Sequence record: SRR20825019_863
Direction: 5' to 3' (one strand)
Length of the DNA: 33,436 bases
The notes below the pieces were generated by a model, which made no database searches, was not told the origin of the DNA, and worked only from the letters and a program-made list of their open reading frames with translations. Below are positions 9,593 to 19,275 of the stretch, in pieces; position 1 is the stretch's first letter, and every line of letters begins with the position of its first letter. The translations under genes and the position numbers were made by a program.

Positions 9593-9648
9593 TTAAGGAG
9601 ATTTTAAGAAACGACTAAGGTCTTCTTTAGTTTACACCTCTACATTTG
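9593..9648 (+). promoter_or_regulatory. Four 11-bp-phased half-sites plus -7 box upstream of the efflux operon
   Basis: TTAAG 9593, TTAAG 9604, CTAAG 9615, TTTAG 9626; TACATTTG at 9641, 37 nt from 9604. Confidence 0.75.
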
Positions 9649-9670
9649 AGTTCAAATTAATTGTGCTCAG

Positions 9671-12600
9671 ATGATAGAGAAGATTATCAAATTCAGTTTA
9701 GCGAATAAGCTCGTTGTACTATTATTCACCGCGGTTTTGATCGGTGCGGGGATGTATTCTCTCTTGAATCTGCCAATTGGTGCGGTTCCGGATATTACAA
9801 ATAATCAAGTTCAGGTAATCACTACCTCAAGAAACCTTTCCACACAAGACGTTGAGAAGTTTTTAACCTATCCAGTGGAATTGGAAATGGCGAATTTGCC
9901 GAACGTGAAGGAGATTAGATCGATCTCGAAATTTGGTTTGTCGGTGGTAACGATTGTTTTTGATGATGAAATTGGAACGTACCTGCCGAGGCAATTAATC
10001 GCTGAGAAAATAAAGAGTGCAGAGGAAAGAATTCCAGCAGGATTTGGAAAACCTTTCATGGGACCAGTAACGACGGGTTTGGGGGAGATTTATCAATACA
10101 TTCTTGATGTTGATCCTGCATTTAAAGATAATTATTCCATCACCGATTTACGCACTATTCAGGATTGGACGGTAAAACGACAACTTTCTGGAATCCCAGG
10201 AGTGGTGGAAGTCAACACGTGGGGAGGAAGCTTAAAACAGTATGAAGTTGCGATTAATCCAGAACAACTGCGCGCAAGTGGAATTTCGATCACCCAAGTA
10301 TATGCAGCGCTTGAAGCAAATAATAGTATCGCTGGTGGAGGCTATATCGAAAAAGGAGAGGAAAGTTATTTTATCCGAGGAGAGGGATTAGCGGCGTCGA
10401 TTGAAGACATTGAGAATAGTGTAGTTATCACGAGAGAAGGTGTGCCGGTACTGATCAAGGATGTGGCGAAAGTTGGATTTGGAGCTGCAAATCGTTTTGG
10501 TGCAGTTACAGGAAACGGGGAAGGAGAAAAGGTCCTCGGGCAAGTGATGATGCTCAAAGATGCGGATTCAAAAAAGGTAATTGATGCAGTGAAAAAGCGT
10601 GTGGAGGAAATCTCACATACCTTGCCCGAAGGGATTAAAATAAATGCATTTTTAGAACGAAGCGAGTTAATCGCTAAAACGACGTTCACTGTGAGTGAAA
10701 ATCTCATTTTGGGATGCTTAATTGTCATTTTCGTAGTGGTACTCCTCCTCGGAAATCTGCGCTCTGGATTGGTGGTGGCCTCGGTGATCCCGCTGTGTTT
10801 GTTCTTCGCTTTAACGTTCATGTATATTTTTGGTGTCGACGCAAATTTAATGAGTCTGGGAGCCATCGATTTTGGAATTATTATCGACGGAGCGGTGATC
10901 ATCGCAGAGTTTATTGCGTTTAAAATTACTTCGGAACGATTAGCCATAAACAGCTTACCAAAAACCGAACGGTCAGCGTTTATCGATCAAGTGACATTTC
11001 AAGGAACATCGAAAATGATGCGATCCGCAATTTTTGGACAAATCATTATCATCATAGTCTTTATACCGATTTTGTCACTCATCAACGTGGAAGGTAAAAT
11101 GTTCCGTCCAATGGCGCTTGTTTTCTGTTTCGCGTTGGTCGGTGCAATGATTTTATGCTTCACCTACGTTCCTGTGATGTCGTCGCTCTTTTTAAAGCCT
11201 TCGAATCCTAAAAAAAGGAATCTTTCTACACGGTTGGTCGAGTTTTTAGGACGAATTTACAAGCCTGTGATTCTTTGGGCTTTGCGAAAAAAAGCAATCG
11301 TTTTAGGGGGGGCGGTAACACTGCTGGTCCTCGTATTTATTCTTTTTAGTCGAATGGGAGGTGAATTTGTTCCTACATTGGATGAAGGGGATATTGTCAT
11401 TCAACCGGTGTTGAAAACAGGGACTTCGCTGTCTAAAACAATCGAAACTACCACAGCAATCGAGCAAATTTTAATGAAATTTCCTGAAGTAGAGCAAGTG
11501 GTAACGAGAATTGGTGCTGCGGAGGTTCCAACCGATCCAATGTCGATGGAGGAAAGTGATGTAATCGTGAAACTTCGCCCGAAAAGTGAATGGAAAACGG
11601 CTTCTACAAAGGATGAATTAATGGATGCGTTTAAAAAGAAATTACTCGACCTCGCTGGAATTGATTACGAATTCACACAGCCGATTGAGATGCGTTTCAA
11701 TGAGCTAATTACAGGCGTTCGAGCGGATCTGGCAATCAAAGTGTTTGGAGAGGATTTGGAGGTGCTCGCGGCTAAAGCAGCTGAAATTGAAAAAGCCATC
11801 AGTAAGGTAGAGGGAGCATCTGATATTTCGGTGGAGAAGGTGGCTGGACTACCTCAAATGACGGTAAAATATAACCGCCGTAAAATGGCGAAATATGGTC
11901 TCTCAATTGCTGAATTGAATAAGACGCTCACGATGGCGTTTGGTGGAATGACTGCTGGAATGATTTTCGAAGGTGAAAAACAATTCGATCTTGTAGTGCG
12001 CTTTGATGCCGAACATCGCAAGGATATTTCAAACCTTGAAAGGGCTTCTGTTCTGCTCCCCGATGGAAACTCGCTCCCGTTTGTTGAGTTTGCAGAAATT
12101 AGTTACACGAAAGGCCCTGCAAAAATTTCTCGCGATAATACTAAACGACGGATTGTAGTTGGAATTAATGTCCGAAACCGGGACCTTGAATCGGTTGTGA
12201 ATGACGTCCAGAAAATCATCGAAAGCAAAATCGAAATTCCGAAAGGGTACACTGTTGAGTATGGCGGGCAATTTGAGAATCTCCGTTCAGCGCGAAGTAG
12301 GTTGAGTGTTGCAGTTCCAATTGCATTAGTACTCATTTTCTTTTTACTGTACTTCGCTTTTAAGTCGGTGAAGGAAGCGCTCATGATTTACAGCGCGATT
12401 CCATTATCTGCCGTTGGCGGGGTGTTGTTTCTGTGGATGCGAGATTTACCTTTCAGTATTTCTGCAGGAGTTGGATTTATTGCCCTTTTTGGAATTGCAG
12501 TGCTCAATGGAATCGTTCTTATTGAACAGTTTAAAGAATTGAAAGAACACGGAATCAAAAACATAAACAAACGCATTATCATGGGAACACAAGCGCGACT

Positions 12601-13999
12601 TCGACCTGTATTGTTGACTGCGGCAGCAGCGGCTCTCGGCTTTTTACCAATGGCAATTTCTACGAATGCTGGAGCAGAAATTCAGCGACCACTTGCAACT
12701 GTAGTGATTGGTGGATTGATCACAGCCACACTATTGACGTTAATTGTGCTGCCAGTATTGTACGCGTTGTTTGATTCGTCAGCGAGAAAACAAAGCGGTC
12801 TCAAGAGACAAGCGAAGTTGATGATTATGGTTGGGGTTTGCGCTCTTCCTTCGCTTTCATGGTCTCAGTCTACGGAGATTTCTTTGCAAGATGCTCTCGA
12901 ACGGGCAGTGGCAAATAATGGACAGTTGAAAGCATTAAAAAAGGATGTGGAGATGAATCAAGCGTTGGAGAAAACGGCTTTTTCAATCGATAAAACAGAC
13001 ATCTATTACAGCTTTGATCAGAATAATATCGCTCCGAATAATGCCGCGTTGAATGTCTGGGGACTGAATCAATCGTTCCAATTACCGTCTTTTTATGTAG
13101 CTCAAAAAAAAATGCTCACGAGTGCTACATCCATGTCGGAATCGGAATACGTATTGGATGAACAATTGATAAAAAAGGAAGTGTCCAAGGCGTATTTCAC
13201 GGCACTTTATTGGCGAGAAATGACTGAAAACATGAAGTATTTGGACGGTATTTACCGCCGTTTTTCTGCGGGAGCTGAATGTAAATTCCAACTCGGAGAA
13301 TCGAATAACCTCGAAAAATTAACTGCACAATCCAAGCAAAAGGAAATAGAATTGCTGTTGAATCAAAGTCGATTGAATTTTGAGAAGGCTATCGTTCATC
13401 TAAATTCATGGATTCAAGACTCCGAAACAATTACTGTAATGAGTGGAAACGAACAAGTGTCCCTAGTTCCGTTGGATACTGCAAACCATCCTGGATATAC
13501 TCTTCATCAACAAGCCATTGCGTATTCAGAATATCAACTGAGTGCCAATAAACAAGCGTATCTGCCTACATTGAAGGTAGGAGCATTTCAGGGATCGAAC
13601 GGCGCTGTTGCTCCAAATCGTTACTATGGTGTACAAGCCGGAGTAGCGGTTCCACTTTTTTTCGGTGCGGATCGCGCGAGGGTGAATGCATCGAAAATTG
13701 AGGTGATGAAAAAGGAAGCCGAATTAGACAATTATGCAGCGCTTCTTAAAGCAAACTATCAATCCTTTGTGCTTGAAATAGAAGGGTATCAGCAAGGACT
13801 AGACTATTTCGAATCCATTGGTCGATCTTTGTCTGAAGAAACCATTTTGAGCGCGCAGAAATCCTATACGTCTGGGGAAATTGACTTTTTGCAATATGCA
13901 ACGCTTCTAGACAATGCTGCTGCGATGAAATTGAACTATCTGCAGCAGAAACTTTTGTACAATTTAACGGTAATCGAAGCGAACTACATCCTAAACTAA
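9671..13999 (+). CDS. czcA: CusA/CzcA-family heavy-metal RND permease fused to a C-terminal TolC-like outer-membrane factor
   Basis: AVPDITNNQVQV, GAIDFGIIIDGAVIIAE, RLRPVLLTA, QRPLATVVIGG; about 400 extra C-terminal aa with OMF features (ISLQDALERA, SYTSGEIDFLQY). Confidence 0.92.
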   Translation: MIEKIIKFSLANKLVVLLFTAVLIGAGMYSLLNLPIGAVPDITNNQVQVITTSRNLSTQDVEKFLTYPVELEMANLPNVKEIRSISKFGLSVVTIVFDDEIGTYLPRQLIAEKIKSAEERIPAGFGKPFMGPVTTGLGEIYQYILDVDPAFKDNYSITDLRTIQDWTVKRQLSGIPGVVEVNTWGGSLKQYEVAINPEQLRASGISITQVYAALEANNSIAGGGYIEKGEESYFIRGEGLAASIEDIENSVVITREGVPVLIKDVAKVGFGAANRFGAVTGNGEGEKVLGQVMMLKDADSKKVIDAVKKRVEEISHTLPEGIKINAFLERSELIAKTTFTVSENLILGCLIVIFVVVLLLGNLRSGLVVASVIPLCLFFALTFMYIFGVDANLMSLGAIDFGIIIDGAVIIAEFIAFKITSERLAINSLPKTERSAFIDQVTFQGTSKMMRSAIFGQIIIIIVFIPILSLINVEGKMFRPMALVFCFALVGAMILCFTYVPVMSSLFLKPSNPKKRNLSTRLVEFLGRIYKPVILWALRKKAIVLGGAVTLLVLVFILFSRMGGEFVPTLDEGDIVIQPVLKTGTSLSKTIETTTAIEQILMKFPEVEQVVTRIGAAEVPTDPMSMEESDVIVKLRPKSEWKTASTKDELMDAFKKKLLDLAGIDYEFTQPIEMRFNELITGVRADLAIKVFGEDLEVLAAKAAEIEKAISKVEGASDISVEKVAGLPQMTVKYNRRKMAKYGLSIAELNKTLTMAFGGMTAGMIFEGEKQFDLVVRFDAEHRKDISNLERASVLLPDGNSLPFVEFAEISYTKGPAKISRDNTKRRIVVGINVRNRDLESVVNDVQKIIESKIEIPKGYTVEYGGQFENLRSARSRLSVAVPIALVLIFFLLYFAFKSVKEALMIYSAIPLSAVGGVLFLWMRDLPFSISAGVGFIALFGIAVLNGIVLIEQFKELKEHGIKNINKRIIMGTQARLRPVLLTAAAAALGFLPMAISTNAGAEIQRPLATVVIGGLITATLLTLIVLPVLYALFDSSARKQSGLKRQAKLMIMVGVCALPSLSWSQSTEISLQDALERAVANNGQLKALKKDVEMNQALEKTAFSIDKTDIYYSFDQNNIAPNNAALNVWGLNQSFQLPSFYVAQKKMLTSATSMSESEYVLDEQLIKKEVSKAYFTALYWREMTENMKYLDGIYRRFSAGAECKFQLGESNNLEKLTAQSKQKEIELLLNQSRLNFEKAIVHLNSWIQDSETITVMSGNEQVSLVPLDTANHPGYTLHQQAIAYSEYQLSANKQAYLPTLKVGAFQGSNGAVAPNRYYGVQAGVAVPLFFGADRARVNASKIEVMKKEAELDNYAALLKANYQSFVLEIEGYQQGLDYFESIGRSLSEETILSAQKSYTSGEIDFLQYATLLDNAAAMKLNYLQQKLLYNLTVIEANYILN

Positions 14000-14026
14000 C
14001 TGAACGAACGATTTAATATTGAACCC

Positions 14027-15166
14027 ATGAAAATAAAAAATGCAGCTTGGATTTTTAGTACTGTTTTGGTATTGATGTCTTGTGGATCCGAAGAGAATAC
14101 TACGTTAACGGATGTTGGAAATGAAGCTTCGTCGAGTGAAGTTGTTTTGACGAAAAAGCAGTTTGACCTTGGGAAAATGAAAATGGAATCTTTCTCTGAA
14201 CAGTCGTTTGATGGCATGATTCACGTAACTGGGATGATTGATGTTCCTGCGGAAAGTAAATCTGTGGTAAGTGCCTATTTCGGCGGGTATGTAAAGGAAA
14301 TTAGCCTGAAACAAGGTCAAATGGTAAAAAAAGGTCAGACTTTATTTGTGCTTGAAAATCCTGAATATCTTCAAATTCAACAAGATTTTCTAGAGGCGAA
14401 AAGTCAACTGAGTTATTTGAAATCAGACTATGAGCGACAAAAGGAACTTTCTAAGGATAATATTACTTCGCAAAAATCTTACTTGAAAGCAGAATCAGAT
14501 TACAAAGTGACGTTGGCGCGCTACGAATCTCTCAAGAAAAAATTAGGATTGATGAATCTAAATGCGGAAAGTGTGGATGAAACAAAATTACGCTCAACGA
14601 TAGTGGTTACTTCACCAATCACGGGATACATCACAGAAATTAGTGCAACGAAGGGAATGTTCTTAAATCCTTCGGATGTTGCACTTACGATTTTAAATAC
14701 CGCAGATATGCACGTAGAATTGAATGTTTTCGAAAAACAGCTCGGGAAAATTGCAGTTGGACAACCTGTTACGTTTCGTTTACAAGACAATTCTCAGCAA
14801 TTTTCAGCGAGTATAGAGATCATTAATAAGTCGATAGATCTTCAGAAACGAACGGTGATGGTGCATTGTCCTGTGAAGACCAGTGAAGCAACTCAACAAT
14901 TAATTCCAGGAATGTTTGTGGAAGCAGAAATTGTCACTTCGGAAGGGAAAGTATTGGCCTTGCCCGAAAGTGCTGTAATTTCAATTCGAGATAAGTTTTT
15001 TGTGCTCTTGAAGAAGAATGTATCTAACGAAACACTGAGTTTCGAGCAAAAAGAAGTACTCGTGGGACAGACCAAGAATGGATTTGTCGAAATTCTGAAT
15101 ACCGATGCTTTCGGAAAACAAAGTGTATTTTTAACGAAAGGAGCATTTAATTTAATTCAGGAATAA
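14027..15166 (+). CDS. czcB: RND efflux periplasmic adaptor (CzcB-like lipoprotein)
   Basis: Lipobox LMSC; lipoyl-like GQMVKKGQTL, coiled coil, SPITGYI, LIPGMFVEAEI, LPESAV. Confidence 0.9.
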   Translation: MKIKNAAWIFSTVLVLMSCGSEENTTLTDVGNEASSSEVVLTKKQFDLGKMKMESFSEQSFDGMIHVTGMIDVPAESKSVVSAYFGGYVKEISLKQGQMVKKGQTLFVLENPEYLQIQQDFLEAKSQLSYLKSDYERQKELSKDNITSQKSYLKAESDYKVTLARYESLKKKLGLMNLNAESVDETKLRSTIVVTSPITGYITEISATKGMFLNPSDVALTILNTADMHVELNVFEKQLGKIAVGQPVTFRLQDNSQQFSASIEIINKSIDLQKRTVMVHCPVKTSEATQQLIPGMFVEAEIVTSEGKVLALPESAVISIRDKFFVLLKKNVSNETLSFEQKEVLVGQTKNGFVEILNTDAFGKQSVFLTKGAFNLIQE

Positions 15167-15168
15167 GC

Positions 15169-15885
15169 GTGGAGAAGACAAGTGAAGAGCTGCAAGAAGA
15201 ATACCTAGCAAAGCATTACATACATCGAAGTAATTGGTTAAGGGCAGCTGTACTTGGAGCAAACGATGGAATTTTATCAATATCGAGTTTGGCGATAGGC
15301 GTTGCGGCTGCGAGTAACTTTAAAGAACCTATTATTCTGGCAAGCGTAGCGGGATTGGTTGGTGGAGCATTGTCTATGGCGGCGGGTGAATACGTGTCGG
15401 TGAGTTCGCAAACAGATGTCGAAAATGCCGATATTGAAAGAGAAAGAGCGGAGCTGAAAGATATGCCTGAAATTGAATTACAACGTTTGGCTGATATCTA
15501 CGAAAATCGTGGATTGAAAAAGGAAACAGCACTGATCGTTGCAAAAGAACTCACAGAACATGACGCCTTAGGAGCTCATATTCGCGATGAATTGGGGATT
15601 ACAGACATTAGTCAAGCGAAACCTTTGCAAGCTGCATTGGCTTCGGGATTGGCATTCATCGTTGGGGGCTTATTACCTATGCTCACTGTATTTTTACTTC
15701 CGTTGAATAGACTGGAGTACTATTTGTACGGCTTTGCCATTCTCTTTCTTGTTGTTTTGGGAATATTGGCGGCAAAAATTGGCGGATCTAACATTTTCAA
15801 GGCAATTGTACGCATTACGCTCTGGGGAACAATTGCTATGGGGTTAAGTTCTCTAGTCGGACACTTATTTGGGGTGAATGTGTAA
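15169..15885 (+). CDS. VIT1/CCC1-family Fe/Mn transporter
   Basis: WLRAAVLGANDGILS, SMAAGEYVSVSSQ, HIRDELG; GTG start. Confidence 0.93.
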   Translation: MEKTSEELQEEYLAKHYIHRSNWLRAAVLGANDGILSISSLAIGVAAASNFKEPIILASVAGLVGGALSMAAGEYVSVSSQTDVENADIERERAELKDMPEIELQRLADIYENRGLKKETALIVAKELTEHDALGAHIRDELGITDISQAKPLQAALASGLAFIVGGLLPMLTVFLLPLNRLEYYLYGFAILFLVVLGILAAKIGGSNIFKAIVRITLWGTIAMGLSSLVGHLFGVNV

Positions 15886-15934
15886 TCCTATCGAAGGAAT
15901 ATTGACTAATTTCAGGTAGTCGAAACGAAAAAAA

Positions 15935-16549
15935 ATGACGGAATCAGAAAGAAAACAACATTGGGAAACAGTGTACGAAAATAAAAGTCCTAACGAAGTC
16001 AGTTGGACGCAAGAAATACCCGAAACTTCTTTAGCATTTATTCGTGATTCTGGCATTCCAAAAGATGCTCAAATCATCGATATTGGTGGGGGAGATAGCA
16101 AACTGGTGGATTTTTTGCTCGATGAAGGATTTGAGAATGTATCAGTCTTGGATATTTCTGCGAAGTCATTGGAAAAAGCGAAAGAACGTTTGGGCAAAGA
16201 TGCCGATCGCGTAACATGGATTGTAAGTGATGTAACGGAATTTAAACCAACTCAATCATACGATCTTTGGCACGATAGGGCAGCATTTCATTTTTTGACG
16301 ACACCCGAACAAAAAACGAACTATGTCAAAATTGTTTCTGAATTCGTGAAAGATTATTTGGTAATTGGAACATTCTCGGAAAATGGACCATTGAAATGCA
16401 GCGGATTGGAGATTTCGCAGTATTCAACAGAAACCCTGACGGATCAGTTTAAAACGAATTTCGATTTGGTGAAGTCAGTTGTTGAAGATCACACAACACC
16501 TTTTGATACAACGCAAAACTTCGTGTTCGGAGGATTTAAAAAACGCTAA
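15935..16549 (+). CDS. Class I SAM-dependent methyltransferase
   Basis: IIDIGGGDS motif I, VLDIS, YDLWHDRAAFHFL. Confidence 0.9.
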   Translation: MTESERKQHWETVYENKSPNEVSWTQEIPETSLAFIRDSGIPKDAQIIDIGGGDSKLVDFLLDEGFENVSVLDISAKSLEKAKERLGKDADRVTWIVSDVTEFKPTQSYDLWHDRAAFHFLTTPEQKTNYVKIVSEFVKDYLVIGTFSENGPLKCSGLEISQYSTETLTDQFKTNFDLVKSVVEDHTTPFDTTQNFVFGGFKKR

Positions 16550-17143
16550 ATGAAGAATGTATTTTATCTCGTTTTTGTTACATTGTTTTCAATGTCCTGC
16601 CAGGAGTCCGAGAATGCATCGACTCAACAAAAACTGTCAGAAGAATCGAACGATTCGCTCATGGAATCAGTTATAGATGAGCAATCATCTGTTTCAACGG
16701 ATCAAAAAGCGGAACTCTCAGAATTAGAGATTGCGTTAGCCAAAAAATGGTTAAAAAAAGCGATAGAACATTTTTTCGAGGAAGACGTCATCAATACACT
16801 TAAATCAATTACCACTGAGTCGTATGCCGAGTATAAAATAGATGCAATGAACCTCTCTTACGATCACGGCTTGAGTCAAGCTGAATTTGAACGAAAGTGG
16901 AAGGGAAAGTTTGATGTTTCTCACGAGGCTTATGATAAAGGTTTTTTGATCGATGCACAGGATAACGGAAAAATCACTGTGAAAAAATGCGATTACCTTC
17001 GAAATATCGGAACGGATGGTTGCGTATTTCAAGTCGTTTTGTATGATGAATTGTTCAAGTCCAGTTATAAATCTGACGTTACAGTTGTGCTTTACGAAGG
17101 CTCGTGGGCGATTGGAAACGTGAAGGATCATTTTCCGAGATGA
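16550..17143 (+). CDS. Hypothetical lipoprotein
   Basis: MKN-hydrophobic-SMSC lipobox; abuts the upstream stop codon. Confidence 0.7.
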   Translation: MKNVFYLVFVTLFSMSCQESENASTQQKLSEESNDSLMESVIDEQSSVSTDQKAELSELEIALAKKWLKKAIEHFFEEDVINTLKSITTESYAEYKIDAMNLSYDHGLSQAEFERKWKGKFDVSHEAYDKGFLIDAQDNGKITVKKCDYLRNIGTDGCVFQVVLYDELFKSSYKSDVTVVLYEGSWAIGNVKDHFPR

Positions 17144-17613
17144 TTTTAATTAAAAAGTCTGTTATGAAATGGTTATTTGCTTCATTCATCCTGATGTGTC
17201 TCGGCTGCTCTTCGCGAATTCATACGCTTGCCGAGTACACAACATTCAAGCTTGATTATCATAAGTATCTCGTTAATGATTCACTTCAACTCCATTTTAA
17301 GACGCCTGCAGATATTGATTATCCTGAAACCAAAAAAGGATTGAAAAAGGCACTTCGCAAGAGTGAGATCAAATCAGAAAAAGATGTTATTGTGTATGGT
17401 AAAACGAAATATCCACCATACGAATATGTCGTTACGGTTTCAGATTCAAAACAGGAAAGAGATTCAGGAAACTACGTCGTTTTTGATACAATCATCAATA
17501 ATCGGACGATTTGTTTTATTGGAAATCCGTTGGTAGAAGATGCCAGAAGATCACTCACTATTGACTTGAAGAATATGCTGTTGAGCATTAATAAATTAGA
17601 AACAGAGAAGTAA
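17140..17613 (+). CDS. Hypothetical lipoprotein
   Basis: ATGA overlap at 17140 (alternative ATG 17164); CLGC lipobox. Confidence 0.65.
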   Translation: MILIKKSVMKWLFASFILMCLGCSSRIHTLAEYTTFKLDYHKYLVNDSLQLHFKTPADIDYPETKKGLKKALRKSEIKSEKDVIVYGKTKYPPYEYVVTVSDSKQERDSGNYVVFDTIINNRTICFIGNPLVEDARRSLTIDLKNMLLSINKLETEK

Positions 17614-17620
17614 GCAACGG

Positions 17621-18031
17621 CTAATTCTGACTCAAGTATTCCTTGATTTCCCTTAATTGTTCGTCTGTAAGCTTATTAAACGCATGATTACCCGCAACGG
17701 GCGACCATTTTTGAATTTCTAAGGTATATGAATCACGTGCTTTTGTAAGCGAATCCTCGTTTCTCACAAATTGATCAAACCATTTTTCGTTAGGAACTCT
17801 TTTCAAGACATTTAGCAACGCAGGACCTGTTGTGTTTTTAGTAAGCATGTGGCAGGTCGCGCAATTGGCAGAAAAAACCTGTGGCACTGGAATCGTCGAA
17901 GCATTTCCAGAAATTGGCTCGGAATCTTTAACGCCGCAGAACGCTTCAGGTTCTTTTTTTGTCTGATTAAAACAGGAGGAAAGCGAAACAACGCTCATTG
18001 TGATGACTACAAAAACGTTCAGTGATTTCAT
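17621..18031 (-). CDS. Monoheme c-type cytochrome lipoprotein
   Basis: Lipobox LSSC; CATCH heme motif, TGPAL, C-terminal LTDEQLREIKEYL helix. Confidence 0.85.
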   Translation of the reverse strand: MKSLNVFVVITMSVVSLSSCFNQTKKEPEAFCGVKDSEPISGNASTIPVPQVFSANCATCHMLTKNTTGPALLNVLKRVPNEKWFDQFVRNEDSLTKARDSYTLEIQKWSPVAGNHAFNKLTDEQLREIKEYLSQN

Positions 18032-18876
18032 TCTCTAAAAGTGTAGATGTATTTCATTAATTCTCTAGAATCCGGTCGTTTATTTTGAGTGTCAATTGAT
18101 TCTATGAGTCCATTTTCGCTATAGTTCACAATGGTAACACTATACGTTAGAGAATCAAGTGTTTTTGACCTATAAGATCTCGTTTTTGACATTAATTTAT
18201 TATCTGCGGTGTACTGAAAAGTGGTTGTTAGAAAATCTGGTTCAGTTCCTCTTTTCCCATAACTTTTACTGTGGAAAATAGTGGAGTCAATCCTATTCGA
18301 TGAATTGAAATAAATGTCTTCGAACATGGTGGAATCAGAAGTTACATAAGAGCGTTTGTGAAGTTTACCCACAGTGAGGGTGTCTCCAAAAAATAATTTC
18401 CTGTCTTTGAATTCTTCTTCACGAAAAACAAAAAGTGTCTCGCCCCAGTTATCAGGATCATTACTTGTCTCCATTGCAACGGTTTGGATAGTGTCTTTCG
18501 ATGAATTATAGGATGTTAAATGAATCTTCCGAAAGGGTTCCTCGGAATCCACGTACATCTGAATGAATCCAATTTTATTTCCCGCATCATTATAGAAGTA
18601 GTAGTTTTTGTATTCATCCCAAATCGACTCTGCCTTTGGTCCAAAAGATTGACTGTAATTATTCGATGCAATCATCCTTCCATCCTCATTGAAAATAGAG
18701 TAGTAGCCATTTGGATAATCGGTCATGAATTGCACCGAATCAGTCACGCTGTATTGAAAAATGGTGTGAACACGATTTTTTATGAGGGTTTCTTGGGTTA
18801 GAAGACCACCGTGTTCTTGTCCCAAAGTGAAAAAAGCGACGAAAATGAGTGATAGAGAAAGAATTGCTTTTATCAT
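18028..18876 (-). CDS. Hypothetical secreted protein, beta-rich with YD-like Y-x-Y-N-x-x-G segments
   Basis: Signal peptide; YYFYNDAGN, FQYTADNK, NYSENG; ATGA overlap with the cytochrome gene. Confidence 0.7.
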   Translation of the reverse strand: MIKAILSLSLIFVAFFTLGQEHGGLLTQETLIKNRVHTIFQYSVTDSVQFMTDYPNGYYSIFNEDGRMIASNNYSQSFGPKAESIWDEYKNYYFYNDAGNKIGFIQMYVDSEEPFRKIHLTSYNSSKDTIQTVAMETSNDPDNWGETLFVFREEEFKDRKLFFGDTLTVGKLHKRSYVTSDSTMFEDIYFNSSNRIDSTIFHSKSYGKRGTEPDFLTTTFQYTADNKLMSKTRSYRSKTLDSLTYSVTIVNYSENGLIESIDTQNKRPDSRELMKYIYTFRE

Positions 18877-18877
18877 A

Positions 18878-19066
18878 TTAATCTTCTTCTTTGATAAAGT
18901 AATGTTGCTTTTCGGTGAATAAAATCACATCAACTCCGTTTTTGGGAGTCATCCAAACATCACCGCCACTGCTTGGAACACCGAAAATAGCAGGATTCTG
19001 GAAGAGAGAATCATTTTCATCTACTTTTAGGTAGAAATTGGACTCCGAATATGGATGATGCAGCAT
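18878..19066 (-). CDS. Short ORF, possibly the 3' remnant of a disrupted gene
   Basis: Stop lies 1 nt before the next ATG and the sequence is protein-like, but an in-frame stop sits two codons upstream of its ATG. Confidence 0.35.
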   Translation of the reverse strand: MLHHPYSESNFYLKVDENDSLFQNPAIFGVPSSGGDVWMTPKNGVDVILFTEKQHYFIKEED

Positions 19067-19275
19067 TTCTTAATGGAATTGTGATAGACAACGTAGAAAT
19101 TGTTAGTGAAGAATCGGCATGGCTTCTCAGAGCGTATTGAGTACAAATGGAAGCAAGCAATTGAAATGTGTATTTTTAGAGAAACATTGAAATTATGAAA
19201 TGGAAATAACTTTTTAGGATTGTTGTGAAGGAAGATATAACGGGACGTATTGATCCATTTTAAATCGAAGGAATC

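Noticed and set aside
9671-13999. CzcA-TolC fusion as a novelty
   Set aside because: This fusion is common in Bacteroidota, and the frame is continuous with no sign of artefact.
7014-15075. Numerous 60-190 aa antisense or alternate-frame ORFs in the track (e.g. 7129-7542, 10366-10947, 12103-12384)
   Set aside because: They lie wholly within well-supported genes and lack motifs; they are shadow ORFs. The same applies to similar ORFs elsewhere, such as 23256-23522, 23346-23576, 31964-32362 and 32788-33135.
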